Positions 1-11,041 are shown, counted from the stretch's first letter. The stretch is 64,000 nt of DNA from Thermodesulfobacteriota bacterium (GCA_965216785.1 OZ244197.1:832001-896000); one strand, 5' to 3'. The notes: generated from the letters alone by a model not told the origin. A program made the numbers and translations.

Positions 1-504
1 CTTGAGATATGCAGAATGCTCAAACAAAAAAGTACAACGGCATCGGTACCCATTATTATGCTGACAGCGAAAGCTTCAGAAGCGGACGTAGTTGTGGGGC
101 TTGAGCTTGGAGCGGACGACTATATAGTGAAACCCTTCAGCCCGCGCGAATTTGTGGCCAGATGCAAGAGCGTCCTCAGACGGATCGGGTCAATGGAGGT
201 CAAGGACAATGTCATAAAAGTCGGCCCGCTTGCAATCAACCTTGAAAAATACGAAGTAACGGTAGAGGATGAAAAAATCATTCTCACAACAACCGAGTTT
301 AAGATCCTTGAAGTACTGGCTGAGGGAAAGGGCAGAGTGTTCACCCGGGATCAGCTCCTTAAAAAGAAGAGACTTTGGGGAGACGATAAGCTCGTATACG
401 ACAGAACAATAGACGTTCACATAAAAAACCTAAGAGAAAAACTTGGAATTGCGGGTAATTTGATTAAAACTGTTAGGAGTATAGGTTATAAATTAGAAGA
501 GTAG
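1..504 (+). CDS. phoB: OmpR/PhoB-family response regulator, 5' truncated by the window edge
   Basis: Receiver C-terminus (PIIMLTAK..GADDYIVKPF) plus winged-helix domain (RTIDVHIKNLREKL..RSIGYK); directly upstream of a PhoR-like kinase. Confidence 0.75.
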   Translation, partial: LEICRMLKQKSTTASVPIIMLTAKASEADVVVGLELGADDYIVKPFSPREFVARCKSVLRRIGSMEVKDNVIKVGPLAINLEKYEVTVEDEKIILTTTEFKILEVLAEGKGRVFTRDQLLKKKRLWGDDKLVYDRTIDVHIKNLREKLGIAGNLIKTVRSIGYKLEE

Positions 505-511
505 AGATCTA

Positions 512-2281
512 TTGAGTATATTCCGGAAACAGTTCATCCCCTCCCTTATAATCGTATTACTGGCTTTATTTATATTTACAGTAGTTGTATTGGCGCAGCT
601 GAGTAAATATGACCACTCACTCACCGAACAGAATTTAGTCCGCTCGGCCAAAATGGTAAGCGCTGCGCTTGAACCCACACTTGCAGATAAGAACACAGGA
701 CAACTGCAAGATTTAGTATCCAAGCTCGGTGAAACAAGCGGGATCAGAATTACCATCACAGACAAATACGGGGTGGTCATCGGGGACTCGGAGAAAAACC
801 CGAGAGAAATGGAAAACCACTCGGAAAGACCCGAGATCAAAGAGGCGCTAAATGGACATACCGGACAGAGCATACGCTACAGTAACACAATTCAGAAAGA
901 GCTATTCTACATAGCCGTTCCCGTTTTAGGACCCGGTGGCAATGTCGACTATGTAGTAAGAACCTCCTTACCTCTGAGTATCCTGCAGCAGACTATATTG
1001 CCGATCGAAAAGAAAATTATTTACATATCACTATTAATCGCAATTATCGCGATCGCTCTTTTGTTTGCGCTTTCCAGATCACAAGCCAGATCACTTGCGC
1101 CCTTGATCAATATTTCAGAGCAATTAGCGGACGGGAATCTTAACGTGGATATCCCGATTTCAGAGCAAAAGGGTGAAATACCAAAAATTTCGAACGCGCT
1201 TAATCAAATGGCGCAAAAATTCAACGAGCTTTTTAAACAGCTTTCCAGTGAAAAAAATCAGCTAGAAGCAGTATTAAGCGCAATGAGCGAAGGAGTCATG
1301 GTGCTCTCTAGGGATGGGAAAGCTATTATCACTAACAACGCGCTCCTGGATATGTTTAACATTAAGGACGATCCCAAGAATAAGCTGTATTGGGAAATTC
1401 TTAGGAACAGAGAGGTTACGGAGGTTATCGAGAACGTGCTCTCAGAGCGCAGACCCGACACTAAAGAGATTTTCTATCTCTATCCCGAGGAGCGCTACTA
1501 TCTCCTCAATGTCATCCCGCTTGAATCACCCGATGAAGAGGTAATAGTCGTTATGTTCGACATAACGGACTTTAAGAGACTTGAGAAGATAAAAGCAGAT
1601 TTTATCGCAAACGTCTCACACGAGCTTAGGACACCTCTGACGGCGATAAAAGGCTACAGCGAAACAATTGAAGAAGGGGCGTATGAAAACACCGAGGATC
1701 TAAAACACTTTATAGGTATAATCAAAAGACACACAGACAGACTCATTAACATAGTTTCAGACCTTCTGGTGCTGTCCGAGGTAGAAAGCAGAGACTACCT
1801 TTCAGGCTCAGCGCCCGACAGCGATTTTGAATGGATAGATGTCGAGGAAATAATTACCTCATCCCTTGAAGCCATAAAAACAAAAGCCTCTGAGAAAGAG
1901 CTCAACATAGCATTTAATAACGGGGCTGAGCACCATACAGTAAAGGGAAACAGATTTTTACTGGAACAGATGTTCTTAAACCTTATAGATAACGCCGTTA
2001 AGTATACGCCTGACTCTGGCACAATTGGGATCGAGCTAAGTAATCCGGAAGATAATCTATATATTAAGGTATACGACACGGGAATCGGGATCCCCAAGGA
2101 GCACCTGCCGAGAATTTTCGAGCGGTTCTACCGCGTGGATAAAACCAGATCCAGAAAAATCGGAGGCACAGGGCTCGGACTGAGCATTGTTAAGCACATA
2201 GTGATACTTCACGGCGGTACAATTGATGTAGAAAGCGAAGAGGGGAAGGGGAGCAGCTTTAAGATAACTCTACCACAGTAG
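512..2281 (+). CDS. phoR: PhoR-like sensor histidine kinase (2 TM, HAMP, PAS, HisKA, HATPase)
   Basis: H-box FIANVSHELRTPLT; N/G boxes NAVKY, DTGIGIP, FERFYRVDKTRSR, GGTGLGL. Confidence 0.8.
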   Translation: MSIFRKQFIPSLIIVLLALFIFTVVVLAQLSKYDHSLTEQNLVRSAKMVSAALEPTLADKNTGQLQDLVSKLGETSGIRITITDKYGVVIGDSEKNPREMENHSERPEIKEALNGHTGQSIRYSNTIQKELFYIAVPVLGPGGNVDYVVRTSLPLSILQQTILPIEKKIIYISLLIAIIAIALLFALSRSQARSLAPLINISEQLADGNLNVDIPISEQKGEIPKISNALNQMAQKFNELFKQLSSEKNQLEAVLSAMSEGVMVLSRDGKAIITNNALLDMFNIKDDPKNKLYWEILRNREVTEVIENVLSERRPDTKEIFYLYPEERYYLLNVIPLESPDEEVIVVMFDITDFKRLEKIKADFIANVSHELRTPLTAIKGYSETIEEGAYENTEDLKHFIGIIKRHTDRLINIVSDLLVLSEVESRDYLSGSAPDSDFEWIDVEEIITSSLEAIKTKASEKELNIAFNNGAEHHTVKGNRFLLEQMFLNLIDNAVKYTPDSGTIGIELSNPEDNLYIKVYDTGIGIPKEHLPRIFERFYRVDKTRSRKIGGTGLGLSIVKHIVILHGGTIDVESEEGKGSSFKITLPQ

Positions 2282-2386
2282 GCCAAATCAACACTCAAAC
2301 AAGTGCACACCCTTATTTATTTTGTACTGGGAACCTATCCCGGACAGCCACTCAAAAGATAACCTCTTAATTACCGCAAGATACTT

Positions 2387-3799
2387 TTATATATTAAGAA
2401 ATCCCAATGGAGCACTGCCTGAGCCTGTATCGTAGAAGCGCCCTATGTTCGGAAGAATTTGTGAGAGCTCAGATCCCGTTACCCCAAACCAAAGCGCGAG
2501 TTCAGCAAAAAACTCGTCCGTTGAGATTGTCGGTATAAGAACCCCTCTTCCGACATCAAGCGGATTATCCAAGGCGAGAACCGGATAGTCGCCGAATATC
2601 CTGCCTCCCTTCACACCCCCGCCCATAACAATCTGGTTACTGCCCCACGCATGGTCGGATCCTTTTCCGTTTGAGGTCAATGTTCTACCAAAATCCGATA
2701 TTGTAAATGTTACTACGTCTTTGGTAATACCCATTTCGTTAAGCGCGCTATGAAATTCATACAAGCCTTTACTCACAACCGGGAGCATCTCCCCCTGAAG
2801 GGGCAGCGTGTCGTCGTGGTGATCCCATCCTCCGAAAAGTACAAAAAAGACCTGCCTTTTAAGCCCGAGACTATTACGTGCATTTATCGTGTTAGCGATA
2901 AATTTAAGGCTCTTCGAAAATTCATTTTCAGAGAATTCCGTGCTTACAGACTTAACGCTCATTACCGCTTCTCTGAAGGCCATTTCTGTATCAAGTGATG
3001 TGCGAAGCTTATTAGCGTAAGCCTGCTCAAATATATTCTTGTAATTCAGATTAAGCATGCTGTCTATTGACTGCGTAAGAATCTGCTCATAGGGATCCTC
3101 TCCTTGATAACCTATTATGCTGTTTGTACCCTCAGGACTAACGCTGAATTCTGTTGTTTGGTTTCCGGTCTGAAATATATTTGTACCGGAAAGAGAAATA
3201 TTCATTGATATATTGTTATTGCCTATCAGACCCTCGAGCAGGTCGTTCATTCTGCCACCCCAGCCTATACCCGTTCTCTGATCAGGCAGGCTCGTTTGCC
3301 ACTGCTCAATTTGGTCTGCGTGTGAAAAGAGGCCCAATGGTAGTAGCTTAGCTCCTGCCTCAACCTCCTGGACATTTGCCAATGGCTCTACCAGAGTTCC
3401 GACATTTGTAATAAAAGAAGCCGCTCCGCTGTTAAAGAGCTGGCTAAGCTCGCCCATGCCGGGATGCAGGCCAAACTCTCTGCCGTCACCCTCTATAATA
3501 TTTAGTGAAAGCAGATCGTTTTGACTTAACGCCAGATCACCGCGCGCAGCCTTATATTCCTGATATTCCGCGTTTCCTTTTGGAACAAGCATGTTAAAAG
3601 AGTCGTTTCCCCCGGCAAGCAGTATGCAGACCATCGCTTTATACTCTTGTCCTATATTCGCAGCCGAAGCGCTGCTTATCATCCCCAGGTTAAGAAACGA
3701 CGAAAAAAACGGTAACGATCCCATGGCAGCGCACGCCGCTCCAGTGCCTTTTAAAAATGTTCTTCTGCTAATGCTGCTTCCCTTATTCCTTTTCATCAT
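2387..3799 (-). CDS. DUF1501-family protein with Tat signal
   Basis: SRRTFLK Tat motif; GGND, GGWDHH, SDFGRT and GSDHAWG motifs; paired with DUF1800. Confidence 0.85.
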   Translation of the reverse strand: MMKRNKGSSISRRTFLKGTGAACAAMGSLPFFSSFLNLGMISSASAANIGQEYKAMVCILLAGGNDSFNMLVPKGNAEYQEYKAARGDLALSQNDLLSLNIIEGDGREFGLHPGMGELSQLFNSGAASFITNVGTLVEPLANVQEVEAGAKLLPLGLFSHADQIEQWQTSLPDQRTGIGWGGRMNDLLEGLIGNNNISMNISLSGTNIFQTGNQTTEFSVSPEGTNSIIGYQGEDPYEQILTQSIDSMLNLNYKNIFEQAYANKLRTSLDTEMAFREAVMSVKSVSTEFSENEFSKSLKFIANTINARNSLGLKRQVFFVLFGGWDHHDDTLPLQGEMLPVVSKGLYEFHSALNEMGITKDVVTFTISDFGRTLTSNGKGSDHAWGSNQIVMGGGVKGGRIFGDYPVLALDNPLDVGRGVLIPTISTDEFFAELALWFGVTGSELSQILPNIGRFYDTGSGSAPLGFLNI

Positions 3800-3805
3800 T
3801 GCCCC

Positions 3806-5506
3806 CTAATTCTGAACTACGAACTCCGGTGAAATCATAAATAGGTAGAGCGCGGTTTGAACCCTTAACAGAGGATCCTCAAAATTATTTATCGCATCTA
3901 TAATTATCTTCTTCATTCCCTCAGACATCTGCCCGTATGTGAGAATCAGATCCAGACGGTCGACCAAAGCGCCGGGGTCGTGTGCTAAAGCAATCTCATC
4001 ACCAAAATCAAATTCCGCGTCATTTACGGGTAAAAAGAATGTGCCGTCCCGCTCGGGCAAAGATAACAATTCCCCGAGGAAAGCCATTATAAAAACCATG
4101 TTTGGATAATTAATAATGGTTGAGCTGGTAATTATTTGAAACTCCGGGGCAACCAGATTGTTTTCTCCGATTATTCCGTTCGGCTTAAAGTCCGGCAGGA
4201 AAAAATTAAAAACACTTGGAGAGCTAAGTACGTGCTGGTTTAAGAAAAACTGCGCCGCATAGCCGTCATTAAAGTAGTGACCGTCAGGTGTAACAGCATT
4301 AAACTGCCTTAAAACTGAAACGTACCTTACCCACGGTTCATGAAACTTTCCAAATGAGGCATTCCCCGTCTGCGCCGGGCCTGAAGCGTGCTTATCAAGA
4401 AGGATTGCTTTTATTACTGCCCTCAGATCTCCGCGCACTCCCGAGCCGTTATCCGCAAACACGTCAGAAACCCTTTTTATATACTCAGGCTCAGGATTTG
4501 ATGTTACAAGCCTCTGGATCAGTTTTTTACATATAAAGGGCCCCGTGTTCGGGTGATTAAATAAATTATCTATTGCATCCTCAATATCCTTCATCCCGCT
4601 CTGGCCGGAGGGCAGTACCTGAGAGTTGAGTAAAATTTTCTCCCCGGTTTCGTGAAACTCCTCGTTCATCACCATAGGATCGATAAAATTAATCCTATCA
4701 TCGTCAAAGAAAATGCTGCCTGACGGAGCGGACACTAATCCCGTAAAAACTTTTGCAAGCTCCGTAATATCAGTGTTATCGTAAGTAGCTATCGGAAAAC
4801 CCTCGGAATCCTTCCTAATGGTTCCGTCTTGGTTTAGCTCATCAAGACCGATCGAGAATAGCTGCATAGATTCCCTTGCATAGTTTTCATCCGGGAAGCG
4901 GTTAATTTCAGGATCAGCTTTTTTGTTGTTCATGTGACTCAGGTAAACCCCCATCACAGGGTGTAGGGTGACATCCAGAAAAAGGTCCCTGAAATTTCCA
5001 AACGCGTTCCTCAATAAAACATCGTAGTAACTTGATAACCCCTCGGGATGACTCTCCAAAATATCGACCCTGTCAGAAACGACAAAGATTTCACTCAAGG
5101 CAAAAGCCACTCTCTGTCTCAACAAATCAGGTGACGTCATTGCCTGCTGCCACCAGCTGTAACGCCTGAAAGTTTGAAATTCCTCATACTTATTTTCGTA
5201 GGCAAGCTCCAGCAGCTCCAGTGTGTAGGGAAGGTTATATCCTGCGGGCTGGTTAAACTGATCCTCAAGCCACTTCTCTTTTCCAATTTCAGCTACTCTC
5301 TGTATCTCTTCGTAATCTGCGCCGAGTGTCGCCATCGACAAAAACCTTGAGGCCTCTTCCATTGAAATCGGCTCATTTGTGCCTTGATTTGTTTGGTCGT
5401 TTCCCCCTCCGTTATCAGACCCCGATCCGTTGCAGCTTAAAAGCGGCGCTGTGAAAAGCGTTAACAATACTATCAGTAAAAAACTATTCATCGATAGATA
5501 TTTCAT
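3806..5506 (-). CDS. DUF1800-family lipoprotein
   Basis: Lipobox LLSC; LRQRVAFALSEIFVVS and PDENYARESMQLFSIGL motifs. Confidence 0.85.
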   Translation of the reverse strand: MKYLSMNSFLLIVLLTLFTAPLLSCNGSGSDNGGGNDQTNQGTNEPISMEEASRFLSMATLGADYEEIQRVAEIGKEKWLEDQFNQPAGYNLPYTLELLELAYENKYEEFQTFRRYSWWQQAMTSPDLLRQRVAFALSEIFVVSDRVDILESHPEGLSSYYDVLLRNAFGNFRDLFLDVTLHPVMGVYLSHMNNKKADPEINRFPDENYARESMQLFSIGLDELNQDGTIRKDSEGFPIATYDNTDITELAKVFTGLVSAPSGSIFFDDDRINFIDPMVMNEEFHETGEKILLNSQVLPSGQSGMKDIEDAIDNLFNHPNTGPFICKKLIQRLVTSNPEPEYIKRVSDVFADNGSGVRGDLRAVIKAILLDKHASGPAQTGNASFGKFHEPWVRYVSVLRQFNAVTPDGHYFNDGYAAQFFLNQHVLSSPSVFNFFLPDFKPNGIIGENNLVAPEFQIITSSTIINYPNMVFIMAFLGELLSLPERDGTFFLPVNDAEFDFGDEIALAHDPGALVDRLDLILTYGQMSEGMKKIIIDAINNFEDPLLRVQTALYLFMISPEFVVQN

Positions 5507-5780
5507 ATTTGTTAATCCAACCTTTAAGAAACTTAATACCTCTTTTTGTCTTTCACCTAAAATTATAATGTTAAGTCTTTTGCGTTCTACTATTTTTTTC
5601 CATTTGCCCTAAACAACACTCATCGGCAAGTGAAGGTATGAGTAAATAGAAGTGTTCAGTCGATCAGTTGTATGGGGGTTTTTAGAATCTGTAGTACTAC
5701 TTAGCTTTTAGAAACAAACGAGGATCTGGTGATCCGCTATTTTCTCATTCCGGTTCGGATCATAAACGGAGGCTTTAAAT

Positions 5781-6863
5781 TTATTGCTTTCCGGCAGGGT
5801 AAGAGCCGAGGATTTTCAGATAAACCGAGTTTTTTCTTACTTTAGACAGCAGCCTCTTAATATTAGGATCCTCTGAGTGGCCTTCAAAATCGACGAAAAA
5901 CAAATACTCCCACGGCCTCTCTTTTGATGGCCTCGATTCGATCTTGCTAAGATTCACAGACTCCTGAGCAAAGGGCTGAAAAAAAGACTTCTGTAAAGCC
6001 CCGGGTTTATCTTTAAGTGAAAATACTATCGAGGTCCTGTCGTTTCCAGAAGGCTTTGCAGAAGATTTACCTACTACAAAAAACCTCGTAGTATTCTGCA
6101 CGCTGTCCTCTATATTTTTTTTAAGAACGTTAAGATTGTAAATATCCCCGGCATACTCACTTGCTACGGCAGCATACCCTTTTTTACGCGATGCAATCCT
6201 CGCCGCTTCGGCAGTACTCGCAAGCTCAGCCAATTCAGCATGTCCGAGGTTCTTACTTAACCACCCTTTACACTGTGCAAGAGCCTGAGGGTGTGAGGCA
6301 ACGACCTTTACGTCCTTAAGCGATTTTGATTTAGAGAGAAGGAACTGATGTATCTTTTCAAATATCTCGTTTGTAATAACCAGGTTTGAGTGCGAGAGCA
6401 AATCAAGCACAGCTCCTACAGAGCCCTCAATGGAATTCTCTATAGGTATCACGCCAAAGTCTGCCCTTCCGGTCTCTACTTCCTCAAACACTTCGTCGAA
6501 AGTCCCAAGTGGAATGAGTTCGTTTGAGCCTCCGAACTCATTGAATGAGGCCTGGTGCGAAAAACTCCCGCGGGGTCCCAGATACGCTATCCTAAGCGGT
6601 TCCTGTAGTTTTCTGCAGGCCGAGATAATCTCACGGTACACACTCAGCACGGATTCACCGCTGAGGGGACCGCTATTCAATCGGGCAAGCTTTTTTTCTA
6701 TCTCCTTTTCCCTCACAGGATCATAAACACTGTAAGAGTTCTCGCGCTTTAGCTCGCTTATTTTTAAAGCCACGCTTCCGCGCTCATTTAACAGCTCGAG
6801 CAGCTTCTTGTCAATATCGTCAATCTCTTTTCTAAGTTTGTTTAAATTTCGCGAGGAGCCCAT
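5781..6863 (-). CDS. pheA: Chorismate mutase/prephenate dehydratase (P-protein)
   Basis: CM domain LRKEIDDIDKKLLELLNER; PIENSIEG, SHPQALAQC, NTTRF; ACT-domain ESRP motif. Confidence 0.95.
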   Translation of the reverse strand: MGSSRNLNKLRKEIDDIDKKLLELLNERGSVALKISELKRENSYSVYDPVREKEIEKKLARLNSGPLSGESVLSVYREIISACRKLQEPLRIAYLGPRGSFSHQASFNEFGGSNELIPLGTFDEVFEEVETGRADFGVIPIENSIEGSVGAVLDLLSHSNLVITNEIFEKIHQFLLSKSKSLKDVKVVASHPQALAQCKGWLSKNLGHAELAELASTAEAARIASRKKGYAAVASEYAGDIYNLNVLKKNIEDSVQNTTRFFVVGKSSAKPSGNDRTSIVFSLKDKPGALQKSFFQPFAQESVNLSKIESRPSKERPWEYLFFVDFEGHSEDPNIKRLLSKVRKNSVYLKILGSYPAGKQ

Positions 6864-6998
6864 AATTTACCGGTACTAATCAGGTCTTGGCACAAATGAT
6901 AGCGAGCAGGGAAATAGATGTCAAATCAGCGCAGCGGCGTCGATAAAGATAAGTACGAACTTCCCGATCCCGCAAATATTGCTATCATCCAAAATATT

Positions 6999-7517
6999 TC
7001 AAAGTTCCCTTTTTTCTTTCCCGGGGTCAGACAGTGCGGCCTTATCTAATACCGATTTTTTTACATATATCGGCGCGCTCATCCTGGACGCAAGAGCGAG
7101 CGCGTCGCTCGGTCGTGCGTCAATTTTAGAAATCTTTCCATCCACAGATACCTCGACCTGCGCATAATACACCTGATCACGTATATCCACTACTACAATT
7201 CTCTCGACTTTCGCGTTAAGAGTCCTTAAGATAGCCGCTATCAAATCATACGTCATGGGCCTTGGCGGCACGGCGTCGGAGGCTCCTATTTCGATCGAGC
7301 GCGCTTCACAGAGCCCGATCCATATAGGAAGCACCACGCTGTTTTTCTCATCCGTAAGCAGTACAACAGGGGCCTGTGTATTTTGGTCAAACACTATGCT
7401 CTTAATCACCATCTCTTCCTCCAAGCCCGCGGGTGTTTTCTCCGCATACACGGAAAGCGCTGCTACATAAAGAAAAGCTATAAGCACTGAAACCGCCGGG
7501 AATATTGACATACGCAT
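6999..7517 (-). CDS. Bifunctional nuclease (DUF151) family protein with N-terminal signal peptide
   Basis: LPIWIGxxEA, PRPMTYDL and IDARPSDALALA motifs. Confidence 0.85.
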   Translation of the reverse strand: MRMSIFPAVSVLIAFLYVAALSVYAEKTPAGLEEEMVIKSIVFDQNTQAPVVLLTDEKNSVVLPIWIGLCEARSIEIGASDAVPPRPMTYDLIAAILRTLNAKVERIVVVDIRDQVYYAQVEVSVDGKISKIDARPSDALALASRMSAPIYVKKSVLDKAALSDPGKEKREL

Positions 7518-7659
7518 GACAAATACCTCCTGAATTCAAGAATATCACAAACAGGGGTTATGCATAAATACGAAATATTACGCTGATAATGATAGTTTAC
7601 TGAACATTATGGAAGAAAGGTGTGATTATAAAAAACTGTACTCGGCTTGAGATGGAAAA

Positions 7660-7926
7660 CTATTTTTCTCCAATCATGTATCTACACCCTGAAGAGCCGA
7701 TACTCGCCGAATGCACAGCTCCCGCGGGAACATCGAACCTATCCCCCACCCTGTAAGTTTTAGTAGCGCCCTCTGAGTTAACGGTTATCTCACCCTCGAG
7801 CACAATGTGAGCCGTAACACCGCTGTGGGTATGATCTGGGTAATATGCCCCGGGTCGGTCAGTATGCACGAATATCCCCGAAAAACCCTCTTCTTTGAGT
7901 AATTTCTCAAACTCTTTCTCATTCAT
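7660..7926 (-). CDS. Small cupin-domain protein
   Basis: HTH...HIVLEG and VPAGAVH cupin motifs. Confidence 0.75.
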   Translation of the reverse strand: MNEKEFEKLLKEEGFSGIFVHTDRPGAYYPDHTHSGVTAHIVLEGEITVNSEGATKTYRVGDRFDVPAGAVHSASIGSSGCRYMIGEK

Positions 7927-7981
7927 GATTGACTATACCCGGAACGGCTCGATTAATTGATGAATGATGCAGTTAAAAGCA

Positions 7982-8875
7982 TTAAAACCTTTTAACTGAT
8001 CCTTTTTCAAACTTAGGGTTATTAACGGTGCCTATGATCTTCCCGCCCAGACTCCCGTCTCTTTGTTGGGCTAGATAAGGACTTAACATGCCTTTGTACT
8101 TAGCGTACTCCCCTCCCGTGATTTCCAGACGATACCCAAGATCAATAACCCCGCCCTTTGATAGCTCCCAGATAAGTGGCGCTTTCCCAGTTATCTGAAG
8201 ATCGATACCGTCGCCTTTTAGGTTTAGCTCCTGTACATTCGTTTCACGACCCTCGATATTGCCGCTGAAAACAGAGCGAAGCCCTTTTAGCGCCGGAAGC
8301 TTGATACCCTTTACCATGATGTTATCGAGCTCCAGCTCGTCCACTGTGAAATTAAACTCACCGAGGGCTTGAGGAGAAAAATCGATTCTCAGTTTCCCGT
8401 CAAGTGCTCCCCTTAGAGCGAGCGCGTCATCTGAGCCTGTCATAAAAGCCGTGAGGTTGTCCACGTTTACATGCTTTACCTCGGCATCTATTTCGTCAAG
8501 GCCGCTGCCCGACTTGTTTACTCTAAGTGTGCCTTTTATTTCACCGCCGTTAAGCTCGGCTTTAAAGGGAATTATATTGCTCGAAGAAAAGAGCGAAAAC
8601 ACAGAAGGGCTTACCTTCAAGCTATCTATCTTAAGCTTATTGTCCTTAGAGCGGTAAAGTGTTACGTCGTTTAATTTAAGGCTAAAAGGAGGTGCTATAC
8701 CCGCACTTCCAATCTCTGCTTGATAGGGGGTGTTATCAGTTATCTGTGAAATAATCTGCTGCTTGATCCCCTCTGTTGGAAAAGAGGTATAAAGAAATAT
8801 AAAGAACACAACTACAAAGAATGCTATATAGAAAAAGGGCTTAGCGTACTTTGACTTCCTTAGTCTTTCCTTCAT
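7982..8875 (-). CDS. gspN: Type II secretion GspN-like protein
   Basis: N-terminal TM ending FLYTSFP, beta-rich body, C-terminal GTVNNPKF; follows gspL/M-like genes. Confidence 0.65.
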   Translation of the reverse strand: MKERLRKSKYAKPFFYIAFFVVVFFIFLYTSFPTEGIKQQIISQITDNTPYQAEIGSAGIAPPFSLKLNDVTLYRSKDNKLKIDSLKVSPSVFSLFSSSNIIPFKAELNGGEIKGTLRVNKSGSGLDEIDAEVKHVNVDNLTAFMTGSDDALALRGALDGKLRIDFSPQALGEFNFTVDELELDNIMVKGIKLPALKGLRSVFSGNIEGRETNVQELNLKGDGIDLQITGKAPLIWELSKGGVIDLGYRLEITGGEYAKYKGMLSPYLAQQRDGSLGGKIIGTVNNPKFEKGSVKRF

Positions 8876-8876
8876 C

Positions 8877-9476
8877 TCATATCACCTGCTTGAAATCGAA
8901 TGTGGACACTCTCAGCTTTACGTTGACAGATTCAGGTTGTTTTACTTTCGTCGTGATATTCAGGTTAGACACCTTAAGAAACGATTGCTTTGTCTGTATT
9001 TTATATAGTATATCCACTAAATCATCCAATGAAACTCTTTTGAGCTCTACATCAACACTCTTTTCCTCAAACAGCTCTTCGTTATCCGAGCCTCTTGAGT
9101 TGACGTCTCGGATTGAGAAGTTTTGTCTCTGTATGTTCTCAGCTAAGAGCACTTTCTCCACCAGCGATATTAAGTCCTCGTCTTCTTTTTTGATCTTCCC
9201 TGCAAGCTCGGACATCCTTTTTTTAGATTGCTCATACTCAGCACTAAGGCTCTTCACTTTCCTTAGCTCTGACTCGAGCACTTCTGCCCTCTTTTCCAGA
9301 CGCTCAGTTCCGGATGAGAAGAAATGTATAACAAAGTAAAGTATTAATACGCAAACAACTACACCCAAGGCCAACATAGCTCTCCTGTCCCTTTCGGTAG
9401 AGGAGACCTTAAGCAGCTTCTCGCGGCCCGCCTGAATGTAGCTTTTTATTCTCTCTATTATGCTTTGCAGATCCAT
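8877..9476 (-). CDS. gspM: Type II secretion GspM/PilO-like protein
   Basis: TERDRR + TM + coiled coil + ferredoxin-like C-terminal domain; operon context. Confidence 0.6.
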   Translation of the reverse strand: MDLQSIIERIKSYIQAGREKLLKVSSTERDRRAMLALGVVVCVLILYFVIHFFSSGTERLEKRAEVLESELRKVKSLSAEYEQSKKRMSELAGKIKKEDEDLISLVEKVLLAENIQRQNFSIRDVNSRGSDNEELFEEKSVDVELKRVSLDDLVDILYKIQTKQSFLKVSNLNITTKVKQPESVNVKLRVSTFDFKQVI

Positions 9477-9477
9477 A

Positions 9478-10974
9478 TTACACGTTTGACTTTAAATACA
9501 CGGATATCTCGAATTTTGTTTTCCCGTCAACTGCGGCCCCTGTCTGGTCCCGGTTAACACTCTCGAACATCTCAGACTTTGAGAGCGCTTCCTCAATCTT
9601 GGTAACCTCCTGGTACGTATCGCAGACCCCTTTTATTTTCACTCTGTTTTCACCCTCATACCTTATCTCATTCACAGTAAGCTTCATAGTGGGCGGTAGA
9701 CTTGCGGATATATCCCTAAGTACATCAAGTGGTGTTGGCCCTCCCTCTACGCCTTGAATAAGATCGAGCTTTTCCCTTACCTTCTGAACCTCGCTTTCCA
9801 TAAACTGAACAGGCCTTGGGATTGAGCGTACATTGGGAAAAGTGGCTTTAACAACCTCAGCTATCCGGGCCTCCCGCTCTTTCACTTCACTCTTAAGGCT
9901 AAAGTAATTAGAGACGGATCCGTAAATCAGCACTAGAACCAGTATAGCCGCCAGCACTGCGGGAGCCGTGAACACCTTTCTGAGCTCTCTATCAGCGCCG
10001 ACGTACTTATACTCGTCCTTGCGGAAGTTAAGATAACCGCTCTTAAGGGCGCTGCCGTAAAGGGATAGTGCATAGGACTTTGCAAAAAGGGGCGACTTGT
10101 CAACGCCAAGCTCTGGAATATAGAGCTTTTTTACCTCTCTATTCAGCTCCGAGCTCAAATGCTCCCGTGTTCCGGGTATAAGCGACAGCGGGCCTGATAT
10201 AAGAATGGTGTTGATCTTCTCTTTTACCTCAAGCTCAAAAAACTGGATTGTTTTTTTTATCTCGTTTACGATCGGCGCCGTACATTCTTTTCTCTGCAAT
10301 TCTCCGCCTTCATCGAATAAGCTGCCCGAATAATCAATCTCGGTGGCGCCCGCTTTTTCAATTAAATTCTGATAAAAAAGCTCAATCGGCTGAGTGGATG
10401 ATCTAACGCGCAAAAGCCCATCGCTATCAAAGAGAGAAAATCCCAGCTCCGTTTCTCCTATATCAATCAATAAAAGCGGTCTCTTGCCCTCAAGCCCATC
10501 GTTTAAGGCCCCGAACGCAAGCGGCGAGTAAGTTATAACCTTGGGATCAATACCGGCAGAGTTTAGGGAATCAATCACTGTCTCTACCTGATCGTTTTCA
10601 AAAACACATGCAATAGCTTCACTACCGCTATCTTTTTTTACTAGATGGTAGCTGTGTATTTTCTCAGTCGGATCAAAGGTGGATATGTTCTCAAGCTCGT
10701 ACTCATAGACCTGGTCTATTTTCTTAGAGTCTGAAAACGGAAATTTTATAATTCTAATAGAAGTCGGGTTCTCGTTTATTGATGCTGCTACGTCGCCCCT
10801 TGGAAGTGAATTCTCCTTAAACAACTCTGTTAAGTATTCAGGGATTTGCAGCTGTTCTTCATTTATTGGAACACTCAGGGTTTGTAGAAGCTGTACGTCT
10901 CTTAAGCCCCTTTTTATTAGAGAGACACGCGCAGCAGTTTTACCTATATCTAGTCCGACAAATCTTCCGTACAT
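9478..10974 (-). CDS. gspL: GspL-like protein (PilM actin-like domain fused to TM and PilN-like domain)
   Basis: VGLDIG and LIDIG actin-fold motifs, TM, periplasmic PilN-like region. Confidence 0.65.
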   Translation of the reverse strand: MYGRFVGLDIGKTAARVSLIKRGLRDVQLLQTLSVPINEEQLQIPEYLTELFKENSLPRGDVAASINENPTSIRIIKFPFSDSKKIDQVYEYELENISTFDPTEKIHSYHLVKKDSGSEAIACVFENDQVETVIDSLNSAGIDPKVITYSPLAFGALNDGLEGKRPLLLIDIGETELGFSLFDSDGLLRVRSSTQPIELFYQNLIEKAGATEIDYSGSLFDEGGELQRKECTAPIVNEIKKTIQFFELEVKEKINTILISGPLSLIPGTREHLSSELNREVKKLYIPELGVDKSPLFAKSYALSLYGSALKSGYLNFRKDEYKYVGADRELRKVFTAPAVLAAILVLVLIYGSVSNYFSLKSEVKEREARIAEVVKATFPNVRSIPRPVQFMESEVQKVREKLDLIQGVEGGPTPLDVLRDISASLPPTMKLTVNEIRYEGENRVKIKGVCDTYQEVTKIEEALSKSEMFESVNRDQTGAAVDGKTKFEISVYLKSNV

Positions 10975-11041
10975 AATTTTAAGTAAATTACTTAATCCCA
11001 GCCATAAATCTAAAGCACGTCCTTTTCAAAGTCAAATATAT

